Below are positions 41,106-54,797 of a DNA stretch of 64,000 nucleotides, piece by piece. The DNA lies in the NCBI GenBank assembly GCA_951406725.2, contig OX597824.1, positions 22,630,001 to 22,694,000 on the forward strand, in the 5' to 3' direction. The notes beneath the pieces were generated by a model. It saw nothing but the letters and a program-made list of their open reading frames with translations. It did not search any database and was not told the origin of the DNA. The position numbers were made by a program, and so were the translations under genes. The stretch comes from Octopus vulgaris (lineage: Eukaryota). Position 1 is the stretch's first letter; every line of letters starts with the position of its first letter.

Positions 41106-42502
41106 TAATATAATAATTATGAGTGAAATACATGATTTCATCATTCAAAAGTTAAACACTACATACTCATTAATATATCACCACTACAAGCTATAATATT
41201 AAATTACATTTAACTAATAGAAATATTAAATTTCATTAAATGGGAACTAACAAAAGTACTCGTAATTAACTATTATTATAAAAAAAGAAAACAACAAGTA
41301 CTTGTGTCGATTCGTTCGACGTAAAACCCTTGAAGGTGAGACCCCAGTTTTGGGCGCAGTCCAATGACTGAAACAAGTAGAAGATAAAACATAAAAGACA
41401 GACTAATTATAAAAATTAGTATTTTGAATAAACGAAAAGAAGCTCCCCCCCCCCAAAAAAAAATTCCATCTTTTTTAAGTCTGCAAACATAGGCGCAGAC
41501 ATGGCCACGAGCTTAAGACACTCGTTTTGGAACCACGTGCTTTCAAGTTTAGTTCCACAGCGCGGCAATGCAGGAAAGCGTCCGTTTCCGAAGAGTAAAC
41601 CTTCTACTCTTTTCCTTCTCCGAGCGTCTTATTGTTAGCCATGAGCCCCATTTGGGGATCCGCTAAAAAATAGTCTCACTTCCAATTGTTCGTTGTATTT
41701 AAAGTGAATTGCTTTTGCACACTGTGCATTCGCAGAGGTTTGTTTAGCAATATTTAGTAGTTAAAGTTTGTCATTATTAGCTCTGGCTAATTCTAGAGGA
41801 CGTTTTATGTTATAAATCGCAATTTTTGAACTACAAAAATATCGACTGTTTTGAAAACGTTTTTCTTTTTTTTTTTTTTTTTCTTTTTCACATTTCCCAT
41901 TTATATCATTCATTAATATTTCATGCACATTCGCATTTGATACTATAGTTTCAAAATACTTAAATGTTTATTATTGCAATTGAGTAGAAAAAGATAAATA
42001 TGCTTTTTGTAAGCGATTCCCCCATTTGGGACTTTTCGAAAATTGTTTAAATTCCAAAATAATTCACATATAAAGAAAATTTAAATACTATATATTATCT
42101 TAACTCCTAAGACACCTGGCAAAACCAAAGAATATGAATAAAAAAAAATTAGCAGTTAATGGGTTAATGCTTTGCTTGTGTTACGTCCAAACGTTTGTTT
42201 GTTTTTTTCTTTTTCTCTTTTTTATTTTATTTTATTATATATATATATATATATATATATTAAGTGTAGGAAGAAACTGGACAATGGGACTTCTTATTCA
42301 ATGGACTTCTTATTCAATCCGAATTAGGGACTTTGCAGCCTTCGAAACGTATGTAAAAACTTCAAATTTCCGCACTAAGGCACGGTTTTTATGCCCCATG
42401 GTCGTAACTTCAACCGTGATTTTTCTGTTGTGATTTTTGCTACCCAGGTATCGGTTATCATTTGAATTATCCGTAATAAGATAATTCATTTATCTACTTC
42501 AA

Positions 42503-42567
<65 letters not shown>

Positions 42568-43456
42568 ATATATATACCAAGTAAGTTCGGGGTTGTTGAT
42601 CTAACCCTCTAAGGGATAATACTTATCCAATTATATATATATATACATAGTCGATTCACTAAAATTTCTTCATGGCGGTGCCCCAACATGGCCAAACTCT
42701 AATGATTGAAACAAGTAAAAGATGAAAGGTGTGTATGTATATATACATACACACACACACACGTCTGTGTGTATGTACATATACATACACACACACGTCT
42801 GTGTGATTATGTTAATATGTATTACTTATTTCACACACACGACATAATACATATATATATATAATATGTATTTATACACACATACATGTGGACGAATACA
42901 CAGCCGGTACAATCGTTACTCACACACAGCGCGCGCGTGCGTGTGCAATGACGTGTGTTGCCAACAAGATTCAAAAACCAACGCTGAACCCATTTTCAGC
43001 TTTTGCTATTTATTAAGTAGCCGAGGGGAAATAGGAAAGTAACGGGTGATGTAAGCAGAGTGTAACGGATAGCCATTTCATAATAATAATGACACACACG
43101 TCACATATATTGTAGCAGACGTGTAAAGCAGTAGGAGAAAGGGCGAGGGGGGGAGAATCGTCAGCGCGAGTAGTTTCATGCTTAAAGTGGGGTGTAGTGA
43201 TTCTTTTCGTTGGCGGGTGTTTTGTTGTTGTTGGTTTTTGTTCTGACCGCAACTGACCACATGGTATGTTTTTTTGGTAGTAGCTTGCAGGACTTTGGAG
43301 GCGACTAAGCAATCCGTTGCTGTTGCCTTACGCAATGCCGAGAGAGACCTACAACCACACACACACCGATATGCAAGCCCCATTGTCCAGTTTATTTATG
43401 TATTTTTTTTATTTGTGTCGTGATTGAAGCAAGAATGAGCTAAGAGAAAGGAATAA

Positions 43457-43588
43457 TAGGCGTGGGCGTGATTGTGTGGTGAGAAGTTTGCGACCCAACC
43501 ACATGGTTCCGGATTCTTCCCCTAGAGCCCTTGGGTCGACCAAAGAATTGTGAGTGGATATTGTAGACAGAAAATGAAAGAAGTTCGT

Positions 43589-43668
<80 letters not shown>

Positions 43669-43745
43669 GTGAACCTTATCGTTACACACACACACACACA
43701 CATATATATATAAGTTTTGGTGGTGCTCCAGCATGGCCGCAGTCA
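43457..43745 (+). mobile_element. SINE family A, deleted and diverged
   Basis: Head, (TG)(TA)n and GGTGCTCCAGCATGGCCGCAGTC remnant. Confidence 0.75.
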
Positions 43746-44077
43746 TTCATATATTAACAGTTTAGATCGTAATTATAAAAAGATATGAAACCATTATTCT
43801 ATGCTAATTTAGTTCATTTTGTCAATCTCTTTTTTCAGTTTGTAAGATAGAAATTTAAATGTAATAAAATGTGTTAAAAGAAATTTAAAGTGCCTACGTG
43901 ATAATTATAAACCTACTTTTGGGCCACTAGCTTCTTTCAGTTTCTGTCTACCAAATCCGCTCACAAGGCTGTGATCGACCCCAAGATGCCACGCAGTGGG
44001 ACTGAACCTTGAACCATGTAGTTGGGAAGCAAGCTTCTTAATACACAGCCACTCCACCTAGAATATATATATCATAA

Positions 44078-44372
44078 TTGTTTGTTCCTTCTCGAGCCAT
44101 GCCTGGCTCATAAGGGCCGGTTTCCTTGGCGTATAGGTTCTCCATCTGGACGTGATGCCGGTCCGTTGCAGGGGATCTGCTAGATGCAGGAGGAAAGAGT
44201 GAGAGAAAGTTGTGGTGAAAGAGTCAGCAGAAATTTGCCATTACCCTCTGCAGGAGCTGCGTGGAGCTTAGGTTTTTCGCTCATAAACACACACATTGCC
44301 CGGTCTGAGATTCGAACCCGCGATCCCTCGACCACGAGTCCGCTGCTCTAACCACTAGGCCATATGCCTCCA
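44078..44372 (-). mobile_element. tRNA SINE group C, tail type 3 (Meta-domain-like); SINE A fragment adjacent at 43930-44060
   Basis: Head related to the 26437 copy; tail CCTGCAACGGACCGGCATC..GGAAACCGG..GGCTCGAGAAGGAACAAACAA. Confidence 0.8.
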
Positions 44373-44684
44373 CATACATCATAATTACCTAATAATAATT
44401 AAGACCAATTGGTTGTTGTGTAGAGCCAGGTAATAATGATTTAGAAGGGCACCTGTAGTCAAAAGCATTTCAGCCGCGACCATTATATCATTTTAGGGAT
44501 ATGTAGAACTCTTCTATTCGTTATGCCCTTCGCATTTTAACGTGGTATGGAGCGATTTGGGTGGGGGTACTTCGGCTGCTCTCGGAGTTTCATCGCCACA
44601 CCTGCATAATCTGGAAGTGACCCCAACGGAATCGAGCGAGGTAGTCTTCATCCGAGCATGACCACTGTTGGTCCTCAGTAACTA

Positions 44685-45352
44685 TTGGGTTGGTGCATAA
44701 TTATTGTGAGGTTTTTTTTTCGACAAATTTTATTCAACAAAAACGATAACAATATTTAACAAAAACGTCTTTAAATGGCGGTCTGACCGTCTGCCAAGCA
44801 AATGGGAAACAGTAATTGAAGTGGATGGTGAGTATGCTCCGGAATAATCATTTAAAGATGTTTTTGTTACATGTTGTGGATCTTTTCGGTTTGAACGGCA
44901 GTTTTTTCTAGCAGTGTCATATGAAATTGTCGCCCATAATTATGACCCTAGTATCGATCCATTACATTTCAATGTTTTAGGGTTAGGGGTGGGGGAAGGG
45001 TATCTTTTTTTTCTTCACAAATGTAAATAAACCCAATCTGTTTCTTAAACGAGTGACATATTCATACGGCACAGAATGTTTTCACCTCAATAGACGTCAT
45101 TGATTGGTTGAAATTGCAGAAATTGAAGAAAAAACAACAAATATCTTACAAACTATAGAATTTTCTCAATAAAGCCAAGAGAAAAAGATGTTTTATAAAC
45201 ACATTCTACCAGTATACGAAGTTTAAAAGTGTTTAGTTACGTGGAAACTATTTTAAAAAACTGCCGGTCAAACCGAAAAGATCCCATGTTGTTATTGTTT
45301 TATTGAATAAAATTTGTTGAAAAAAAGCCGCAATAATTATGCACCAACCCAA
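44685..45352 (+). mobile_element. Classic mariner deletion derivative, TA TSD
   Basis: TA|TTGGGTTGGTGCATAATTATTG...CAATAATTATGCACCAACCCAA|TA; retains C-terminal RLPSKWETVIEVDGEYAPE*. Confidence 0.92.
44878..45284. mobile_element. MITE family E nested in the mariner element, TSD CATGTTGT
   Basis: Full TIRs and a perfect 8-bp TSD. Confidence 0.95.
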
Positions 45353-45949
45353 TAAAAACAGTTTTCTGGTGTCTGCCCAATGTAACTTAGCGGTTTGTCA
45401 AAGGCAACCAATAGAATAACAGGTTTAAAAAATAAATACTAAGGTCGATTTGTTTCACTAAACCCTTCAAGTCGGTGTCCCAGCATGGTCGCAGTCACAT
45501 AAGTGTTAAGGTGGGATTTGAAGGAAATCTGGCTGTCATTTCTACCAAAATGAGCGACACGTCGAGGAAGTGTGTGTGGGGGGGATAAGGCTCCTCATCC
45601 TTTTCTAGTTAAAAAGAAGTAATGAGGAGGAGGAGGAGGAGACGAATGTAGCCGAGAGTTTACCAGGGAGCTTCTCCCCATCAAGTGTGTAAAACTACAT
45701 ACGGGAGAGAGATAGAGAGAGAGAGAGATTGAGGTCAAATGCTATTTGATAGCATTTAACGAGGGAACAACTCGAAAAGCAAAGAAATGTGTCTATATAC
45801 TTGCATATACAGGCAAACAAACACACATACACACGCACACATAAATGCAAACCTGCTTGTTAGTGTAGGAAGGCCGAGAAAAGGTCATGAAAGCCATGCC
45901 CTTCTCGGACGCAGTAAAGCAGTCTGTGTCCGCACACGCATGTGTGGGT

Positions 45950-45950
45950 A

Positions 45951-46000
<50 letters not shown>

Positions 46001-46003
46001 CAT

Positions 46004-46034
<31 letters not shown>

Positions 46035-46049
46035 CACACAAACACATAT

Positions 46050-46086
<37 letters not shown>

Positions 46087-46177
46087 CACACACACACATA
46101 TATACACACACACACACACATAAATATACACACACACATACATATATACACACACATACATATATACACACACACAC

Positions 46178-46226
<49 letters not shown>

Positions 46227-46410
46227 CACACACGAACACTTATATTCTACATATAATATACATGCATACAAATATATATATACATGCATATAAATATAAT
46301 ATACATGCATATAAATATATATATATATAGATAGATAGATATTCAAAGTGGAAGAGAGAATTGTGTGTATGTATGTATATATATATATATATATATATGT
46401 ATGCATATTC
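45950..46410. repeat. (TG)n/(TA)n/(CA)n compound microsatellite
   Basis: Visible simple repeat. Confidence 0.95.
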
Positions 46411-46605
46411 TATATATAGATAAGTGTATGCGTGTGTGTCTATATGTGTATGTATGTATATATGTGGGGGGGGGGAGTATGTGAGTATATACACACACAC
46501 AGAGGAGATGCATGTAGTATATTTCTATTGACGTATACTAAATTTAATAATATACGTCTATTGACGTAATAAAAAGTTTCCACTGTTGATGTATTTATGT
46601 ATGTA

Positions 46606-46639
<34 letters not shown>

Positions 46640-46699
46640 CGCGCGCGCGTAGCCTCATTATGCTGAACCTCAAAACTCTACCGCCTTGATTTGCCACCC

Positions 46700-48620
46700 G
46701 GGATCAAACAATCGCCTACACCCACTTTCTTCCTTTCTCACTGGTTGCTCTTCATGCACATCCTTGTACCATCTCACGGCACTTATCTTCTATTGGACTC
46801 TCTATTCTAGTTGCATCGTCTGTTTTTTTTTTCCCTCTTAGTCGCAGCCTCAGCGACAATCTCCTACGCAGTTTCCGTCTCCGTTTTGAACTCCACTAAC
46901 TTTGTTTCACAACAGGGTTGGTTTGAGCTCATTTTCATCCACCCTTCCCGTTTACCCATGCACGTCACCATCCGTTGTTCCAGTTCCACGCTACCTACAC
47001 TTCACTATCCTGTCTACTGCCCATTCCAAAGTGCTTTTCATCCATTATTCGGTTTCCTCTCATACAGCAAAGCTCAGCCCACAAGTTCCACTAAGTCTTT
47101 CACCAATTTCATTACACCCCACCCGCTTATAGTACCCCCACGTGCTATTGTTACCCTACTCTCTGATCTATCACCATCCGACGCTGAACGTTCGATCCCT
47201 GGTAGGAAGAGCCTCCGCCTCACACTCCTCACAGCTTCTGTTGACCAATTCCAGATCAATATCGAACTGTTCATGCAACTGACCCACTGAGTCCAACGGC
47301 ACCAGCCGCGTGGCTACAGTGTATGCTGCCCGGAGTAGCCATTGAGTTTCCTGTCCATCGCCTCTTGCCTTCTACACACGTTTATGCGACAGATATTGAA
47401 AGTTTCGCACCAGCGCGGACCATCGCCGTTTCCACACATCCCTAGCTACGCTACTGAACTACACTGATTGCTTCACCGACTTCACTCGACGACTATTCCA
47501 CTGGAATGTCGGCTCAGGACATTTCAAGGCCTTCGATCTGTGTTTTGTGACACTATGCTGTGGAAGAGCCAAGACGCACTAACTCTCCGTAATCCGTTGT
47601 CAACCTGGTCGACGAATGGAGCAGACATGACATGGGAATCGACGACTCCTTCACATACATTTCTATAGTAAGCTGTCCTCTAGCCATGCACCTCGCAACC
47701 AACAGCCCGTATCCATCGTCACTCGAAATTCAATTTTATTTACAGTGACCTGCTAGATAGCATAATCAGTCATATCGCGACGATAAGAATATCATAAGAG
47801 GGACCCTGTTTCTCAAGTCAGTTCGCAGCGTCTACCTTTCTCTCTATGGCTAAAGAGAAGATAACCAAGTCGAAATGCATGCATACATACCCACAGTCTG
47901 GTTAGGAGACGTTGTGAGCTGACTGGATTTCTTTACAGCGAGAAATTTTCTCCATAATAATACAGTGAATGGTTTTCTTACAGGTTCGAATATGCCTTAA
48001 ACATATTTGAAATGTTAACAACGGTTGTAACTAAACCTATTATCCTCAACGCAAAATTCCTTAGCCTCTGACTTTGATGCTCAATGAAAACACAGAGGAT
48101 TTCCACTGTATACAGACTAGTCACCCACAACCCAGCGTTAAAGCTACTCGCCTTCACACCTATATTATTGACCGCGCCTTCAACTCTCTGTCCCATGATG
48201 AATCGCCTTCCTTTTCTCCTCACCTCTCCAATACACCATCCCACAGAATTTCTGTCTGCCTCCAACCAAACCCATCCGCTTCCCACATCTTTCCTGAATA
48301 ACCTTTTCCTTCCTCCAAGACGAACCGCAATTTGGAAGACCCTGTGGTTTAGTTCCTTCATCTCTCGCCACACCCAGCTCGGATACTCTGCCTAGTTTCG
48401 CCATCGCTATAACACACACACACACAAACACATCTATCCTTTTGTCGTCCCCTTGCATTGACCAAGTTCATCTATCCATGTAACAGACCGTTTTCTCTCT
48501 ATGCATTATCGCATAAAATCGTCTCTCAGTGACTCACTGTATATCGTTGACATATATCTGACTAATTTATGTTTATGAAAAATCTTGTTGGACGTCTGGT
48601 GCAGCTATACAACATCATTA
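46700..48620 (+). mobile_element. Highly decayed Penelope-like retroelement ORF
   Basis: IVTLLSDLSPSDAERSIPGR..DQFQINIELF resembles PLE VVTIP.DL.LS.AE.SVLSKGL. NRLPFLLT and LQPNPSASHIFPE*PFPSSKTNRNLEDPVV resemble the PLE RT-to-endonuclease linker. Many frameshifts. Confidence 0.65.
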
Positions 48621-48877
48621 AAACCCAAAGTCAAACAGATCCACAGTGCATGTGCCTTTTTCGTGATCTTCACGGTTGACCGATATACAAGACAATTTCA
48701 AGAAAATAAGCTCAACCCGAAGGTCCCCGGTTCATTCCCAACTAAAGGCAGCATTTCCAAAACAGCAAGAGAACGTCTAGGAGTCATACCTTAAGCGAGA
48801 CCTGGCTCCCTTAGAGCGACAAGCACTAAAGGAGTCGAAATACTTGCTTAAAGGAAGTTCTTCTGATGAAAATTTAT

Positions 48878-49291
48878 CATGGCTGTATGGCAAGTAGCTT
48901 GTTTACCAACCACATGGTTCCGGATTCAGTCCCACTGCGTGGCACCATGGGCAAGTGTCTTCTACTATAGCCTCGGGCCGACCAAAGCCTTGTGAGTGGA
49001 TTTGGTAGACGGAAACTGAAAGAAGCCCGTCGTATATATGTATGTATATATATATATATATATATATATGCGTGTGTGTGTTTGTGTGTCTGTGTTTGTC
49101 CCCCTAGCATTGCTTGACAACCGATGCTGGTGTGTTTATGTCCCCGTTACTTATCGGTTCGGCAAAAGAGACCGATAGAATAAGTACTGGGCTTACAGAA
49201 GAATAAGTCCCGGGGTCGAGTTGCTCGATTAAAGGCGGTGCTCCAGCATGGCCGCAGTCAAATGACTGAAACAAGTAAAAGAGTAAAAGAG
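48878..49291 (+). mobile_element. SINE family A, near full length
   Basis: Consensus-like with CpGs intact; (GTAAAAGA)n tail. Confidence 0.95.
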
Positions 49292-49905
49292 TATGCTGTT
49301 CGCTCGTCTCGTAGTAGCAAGTTTTCACTTACTATTCATTCACGCTTGCATAGCCCGTGACTAATTCTCCAAGCCACACCTACCTGTATCTCGCCGTTTA
49401 CGAGGAATGCCTACAATACTTAGGAAATCCAATTCACCGCTTACATCCGCGAACAATAATTAATTCCCCCCCCCCCCCCCAGTTAAACACAGTTAACCCA
49501 GCTGGGATTAATTAAATAACCAACCTTCTTCTAAAAAACACTTCCTTCTTTCCTTCCTCCACAAATATCAACATATACCAACCCAATAAACACCCTGATA
49601 TACCCTTCACCTCAACGTTTACACACACACACATACGTTCACACTTCCTTAAATCTTTCCACTTTCCATATTTATTTTGATCATCACTCTCAGTTCTTGA
49701 TTTTTTTTTCTTGTAGAAGGTGTTATAAAGCATCATTCTAAGTACCCCCGCTCTATCCACATGCATTTTACCATTCACCATGCTGCTGACTCTTTTCAGA
49801 CCATAAATACATAGTGCGAGCATGCACAAATTAGCGTTGGTTTATTTACGTCCCCGTAACCTGGCGGTTCGGGAAAAGAGACGACAGAATATGTACCAGA
49901 CATAA

Positions 49906-49937
<32 letters not shown>

Positions 49938-50204
49938 CTGTAAGCAGGTAATCCTGCGACGGACTGGCGTTCTCTTCAGAAGTAATGTTGGCTTGCTTGC
50001 TCGTCTAGCCAGCGGGATGGGATCATTCGAAAGCTATAACAATGCAAGAAAGCGCATTGTAACCAGCCGTCCATTACAACATCTGGTAGTCTGATCCATG
50101 CAATGATATATATATATACGCAAAATTGCGACTGACCAGCAGGCCGATAGCTAACGAGGAGTTGGTGACCATCTGTGTCCGTTTCCCGCTTTTTTTTTTT
50201 TTTT

Positions 50205-50531
50205 TTTACTTGTTTCAGTCATTTGACTGCGGCCATGCTGGAGCACCGCCTTTAGTCGAGCAAATCAACCCCGGGACTTATTCTATGTAAGCCCAGTACT
50301 TATTCTATCGGTCTCTTTTGCCGAACCGCTAAGTGACGGGGACGTAAACACACCAGCATCGGTTGTCAAGCAATGCTAGAGGGACAAACACAGACACACA
50401 AACACATACGCACACACACACACATATATATACATACATATATACGACAGGCTTCTTTCAGTTTCCGTCTACCAAATCCACTCACAAGGCATTGGTCGGC
50501 CCGAGGCTATAGCAGAAGACACTTGCCCAAG
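50205..50531 (-). mobile_element. SINE family A, 5' truncated
   Basis: Reverse complement of 48950-49280. Confidence 0.95.
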
Positions 50532-50592
50532 TTATGTTTAACTCATTATAGATAGATAGGCATACATACATATATATATTTCTTCATTTCCT

Positions 50593-50631
<39 letters not shown>

Positions 50632-50637
<6 letters not shown>

Positions 50638-51070
50638 TGTTGTGTCTGGGGAGAGTCATTTTCTTTTTGTGCCTTATTATTCAACACGTACACCGGTAAA
50701 AGAGTCAAAACTATTGAAAAGGCTGCAACACGCAACGAAAATAAAAAAATAAGAAATAAGTGGAAATTTTACCGGTGAGTGTGTAAAATAATAAGGCACA
50801 AAAAGAAAATTACTCTCCCCAGACACAACAGAATATGCTTCAACACACGAACTCATATAAAACCAAATTCAAAAACGATAATGTTGAAACGCTAGCTTCT
50901 GCACGCATTATTTTCTCTCCTTGTTTCTTTTCTGTGTATCTTTCTGTTGAAGAGCGTAGGCTCGAAACGTAAAAGACTTGTTTTATTTATATTCCTGAGC
51001 GCCATACTAATACAATTGTTTGTTTGTACTCCACCTGCCTTCGTCTTTTGTTTATTTTCATAAAGCTTCC

Positions 51071-51073
<3 letters not shown>
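50632..51073 (+). mobile_element. Penelope-like terminal-repeat fragments: ~70-bp inverted repeat plus hammerhead-like motif, between (TA)n tracts
   Basis: IR 50632-50701 / 50767-50836; CTGTTGA-A-GAGC-gtag-GCTC-GAAACGTA at 50944-50971. Confidence 0.65.
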
Positions 51074-51152
<79 letters not shown>

Positions 51153-52304
51153 GAAATGAAGAAATAAGGTACGTGAATCAGTAAGAATAATGTATGTGTG
51201 TGTATGTCATTGAGGGAAAATAAAAAGAATAACTGAAAGAGGACATATGAAACACAAGAAGAAAATGGAGCGAGACTTTAAGTAAAACCGTTGGGAATTA
51301 TTGAAGGGAGCCGAAAATAAATTTCATAACGTTTAACTTATAAAACACTAGTGAGCATCAGTGTGTGTGTGTGTGTGCGTGGATTTCGCACGTCAGTATG
51401 TGTACCTTCGTGACTATTATCTAAAGTGCAAATCTATCGAATAGGCATTTTTCAAAGTCTGTCAGGACTTTATTAGTCACAGCTGGGAATGAACACGTTC
51501 GCAATCGTGAGAACACACAACGAACAGCCGACAGCTGTTTCGAATGGCGGGTCACATTTACAAGCAGTAGTGCTTCGAGTACCACGGGGATGTGTATGTG
51601 TGTGTGGAGAGAGAGAGAGGGGGGAGAGAGATGTGTGTGTATTTTTCAGCCATAAAAAACGTATGTAAACAACAACAGTAATAATAGTAAATAATAAATA
51701 ATAATAATAAATAATAATAAGTAATAATAATAATAATGATAATAATAATCCTTTCTACTGGAGGCACAAGGTCTCAAATTTGTGGAGAGGTGACTAGTCG
51801 ATTACATCGATTGCTAACGATTCTGCCAGCTCGCCGCCTTAATAATAATAATGATGGTTTCAAATTTTGCCAGAAGGGCAGCAATTTTGGAGAAGAGGAC
51901 GAGTCCATTATATCGACCCCAGTGCTCAACTGATATTTATTCCAACGACCCCGAAAGGATGAAAGGCAAAAGTCGACCCCTGCGGTATTTGAACACAGAA
52001 CGTAAAGACAGACGAAATGCCGCTAAGCATTTTGTCCGCCGTCTTAAGAAGAAGAAGAACAACAACGAAAACTCAGTAAACAAAGCCCTATTCACAAAAC
52101 AAAGTGATGTGGTGCACCAACTGGTGTCTTATTCCCTCAATCCCCATAAAAATATAAACACAATGCAACAAACACACCTCGGAACAAGGAGGTGCACCAG
52201 GTGGTGTAGTAGAAACTCGCGTGAAACTAACGAAGGAACAACAATAATAATAATAAATTTGTTTATTGGCCACAAAGGCTTACATAAAATTACATTAAAA
52301 CACA

Positions 52305-52681
52305 TCTCTCTCTATATAAACGGCAGTTTGTCTGTGCGTGTTTCTGTGTGTCTGTTTTCTCGTACCCTCACCCTGACCACGGCTTTCAACCGATTCTGAT
52401 GAAACTTGACACACACATAGCCCAATGTCATAATTCAAAACTAACGCAGCGAAAATTTTGAAAAGTTCCCCCAGTTCTGAAAAAAATCGATAAATTCGAC
52501 ATGGGGTCGAGAATCAAAAGAAACAAACCACAGACTGTCTAGGGGACGCAACTCAACCTTTTTTTACTCTCAAAAAAAAATTTACCATCATTTTTTTCCC
52601 ATTTTTTTGGCTATAACTCTCTAAAAATGCTTTATAGTTATTTCCCTTACAAACCTGAGCAACGCCGGGCGATACTGCTAG
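52305..52681 (+). mobile_element. Non-autonomous Helitron
   Basis: A|TC start; CCTGAGCAACGCCGGGCGATACTGCTAG|T end identical to the end at 15446. Confidence 0.88.
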
Positions 52682-52763
52682 TACAACATAAAAGTCAAAA
52701 ACAGGACGACACAATGGGTTTTACAACGTATATATATAGAACGATTAAGAATTAAACAATTTA

Positions 52764-52809
<46 letters not shown>

Positions 52810-52810
<1 letters not shown>

Positions 52811-53217
52811 GGCGCAGGAGTGGCTGTGTGGTAAGTAGCTTGCTTACCAACCACATGGTTCCGGGTTCAGTCCCACTGCGTGGCACCTTGGGCAAGTGTC
52901 TGCTACTATAGCCTCGGGCCGACCAAAGCCTTGTGAGTGGATTTGGTAGACGGAAACTGAAAGAAGCCTGTCGTATATATGTATGTATATATATATGTGT
53001 GTGTGTTTGTGTTTGTCCCCCTAGCATTGTTTGACAACCGATGCTGGTGTGTTTATGTCCCCGTTACTTCGCGGTTCGGCAAAAGAGACCGATAGAATAA
53101 GTACTGGGCTTACAAAAGAATAGGTCCTGGGGTCGAGTTGCTCGATTAAAGGCGGTGCTCCAGCATGGCTGCAGTCAAAATGACTGAAACAAGGAAAAAG
53201 AAAAAAGAAAAGAAAGA
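52810..53217 (+). mobile_element. SINE family A, full length
   Basis: AGGCGCAGGAGTGGCTGTGTGGTAAG head through A-rich tail. Confidence 0.95.
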
Positions 53218-53765
53218 AAATGCCCTGATGCAGTACCAGGCAATGGCTCTCATGGCTGCTGATCTTAACCGATTGGAAGTGTTATCATGTGCATTGTTTT
53301 GTCTTGGTATAAAAGATGGGCTACAGTAAATATTCTGCTCAATACCACAGACAGTTGAGCATGTCCCTTAGTGACTGACGATATGTGCATCTCTGATCGC
53401 AAGCAGGAGTAGTGGGGGAGCATCATAGCCGTGTGTTGAAAGGAATTCTTGGAGGTTTGGATAATTCACCTCTGGAAACATGGGTGGTTCGTTCAACATC
53501 CTTAAACAATCCTTATTCAGGGACCTTTTGAGCGGGATGGGTTACTCGACCAGAAGAAAATTCTAACTGGGCCCCACCTGCAAGGTCATGCGCTGTTTAT
53601 CTGGATATGAGATCACCATGTCGCGCACATATGGTTGTGATGCATGTGCCTCGTTTACCCTTATCAGACGGGTAGTCATGATGGGTATACTAGGCTTCAT
53701 ATATTTGTACTGCAGTGTCACTTTGATGGCATGCACTGCTCTCTCAATAATAATAATAATAATAA
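53218..53765 (+). mobile_element. Unclassified ~530-bp interspersed repeat (family H) ending in (AAT)n
   Basis: Homologous copies at 60285-61185 (minus) and 62060-62555 (plus). Confidence 0.85.
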
Positions 53766-54394
53766 TCCTTTCAACTAAAGGCACAAGGCCTGAAATTTGT
53801 TGGGAGGGGTAAGCCGATTACATTGACACCAGTACTTGACTGGTACTCTATTTATCGACCCCGAACGGATGAAAAATGCTGAAAAATAATTAGCATGGGC
53901 TTAAGATGTTTTTGTTTAAGTCACATGATTACAATCCTACTTTCCACGTGCATCTACGCTTGCGTGTGCGTACGTATGCATACGGAGGGATGAATGGATG
54001 GAAGTATGTATGTATGTATGTATGTGTGAATGTGTGTATGTATGTAAGTCTGTATATGTATGTATACATTTGGATGTATGTATATGTGTGTGAGTGATAT
54101 ATATATCACATAAGAGACCGATTCTAAAATGTTTTAAGCGATCGCTATACCCGAGAACGACGAAGCAGCCCTCACACAGACACACTGTCTATTCACATCA
54201 GATGGTGTTCAAGTCAACTATGACCTGGGTCAACATTGATCTAAACTTATCTAAGTGACGAGCAATAAACTTGAGCATGTACACTGTGTGTGATCAAGAC
54301 TTGTGATAATGAGTTGAGGGGGGAGGATCGAAAGAGGAACAGTAGATGTAATGTATGGTAGGTATAGTTGTTTGTTGTGATATATGCGATGGTG

Positions 54395-54797
54395 AAGGCG
54401 GCGAGCTGGCAGAAACCGTTAGCACGCCGGGCGAAATGCGTAGCCGTATTTCGCCCGTCGCTACGTTCTGAGTTCAAATTCCGCCGAGGTCGACTTTTTC
54501 CTTTCATCCTTTCGGGGTCGATAAATTAAGTACCAGTTACGCACTGGGGTCGATGTAATCGACTTACTCCGTTTGTCTGTCTTTGTTTGTCCCCTCTATG
54601 TTTAGCCCCTTGTGGGTAATAAAGAAACAGATATTTCGTCTGTCTCTACGTACTGAGTTCAAATTCCGCCGAGGTCAACTTTGCTTTTCATCATTTCGGG
54701 GTCGATAAATTAAGTACCAGTTGGGTATTGAAGTGGATCTTATCGACTGCCCCCGCCTCCCCAAAATCCTCGGGCCTTGTGCATAGAGTAGAAAAGA
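54395..54797 (+). mobile_element. SINE family B, two-unit hybrid
   Basis: Unit 1 has the young tail, unit 2 the old tail. Confidence 0.92.

Noticed and set aside
44976-44995. Interstitial telomere (TTAGGG)
   Set aside because: Only about two units, and part of the MITE E body.
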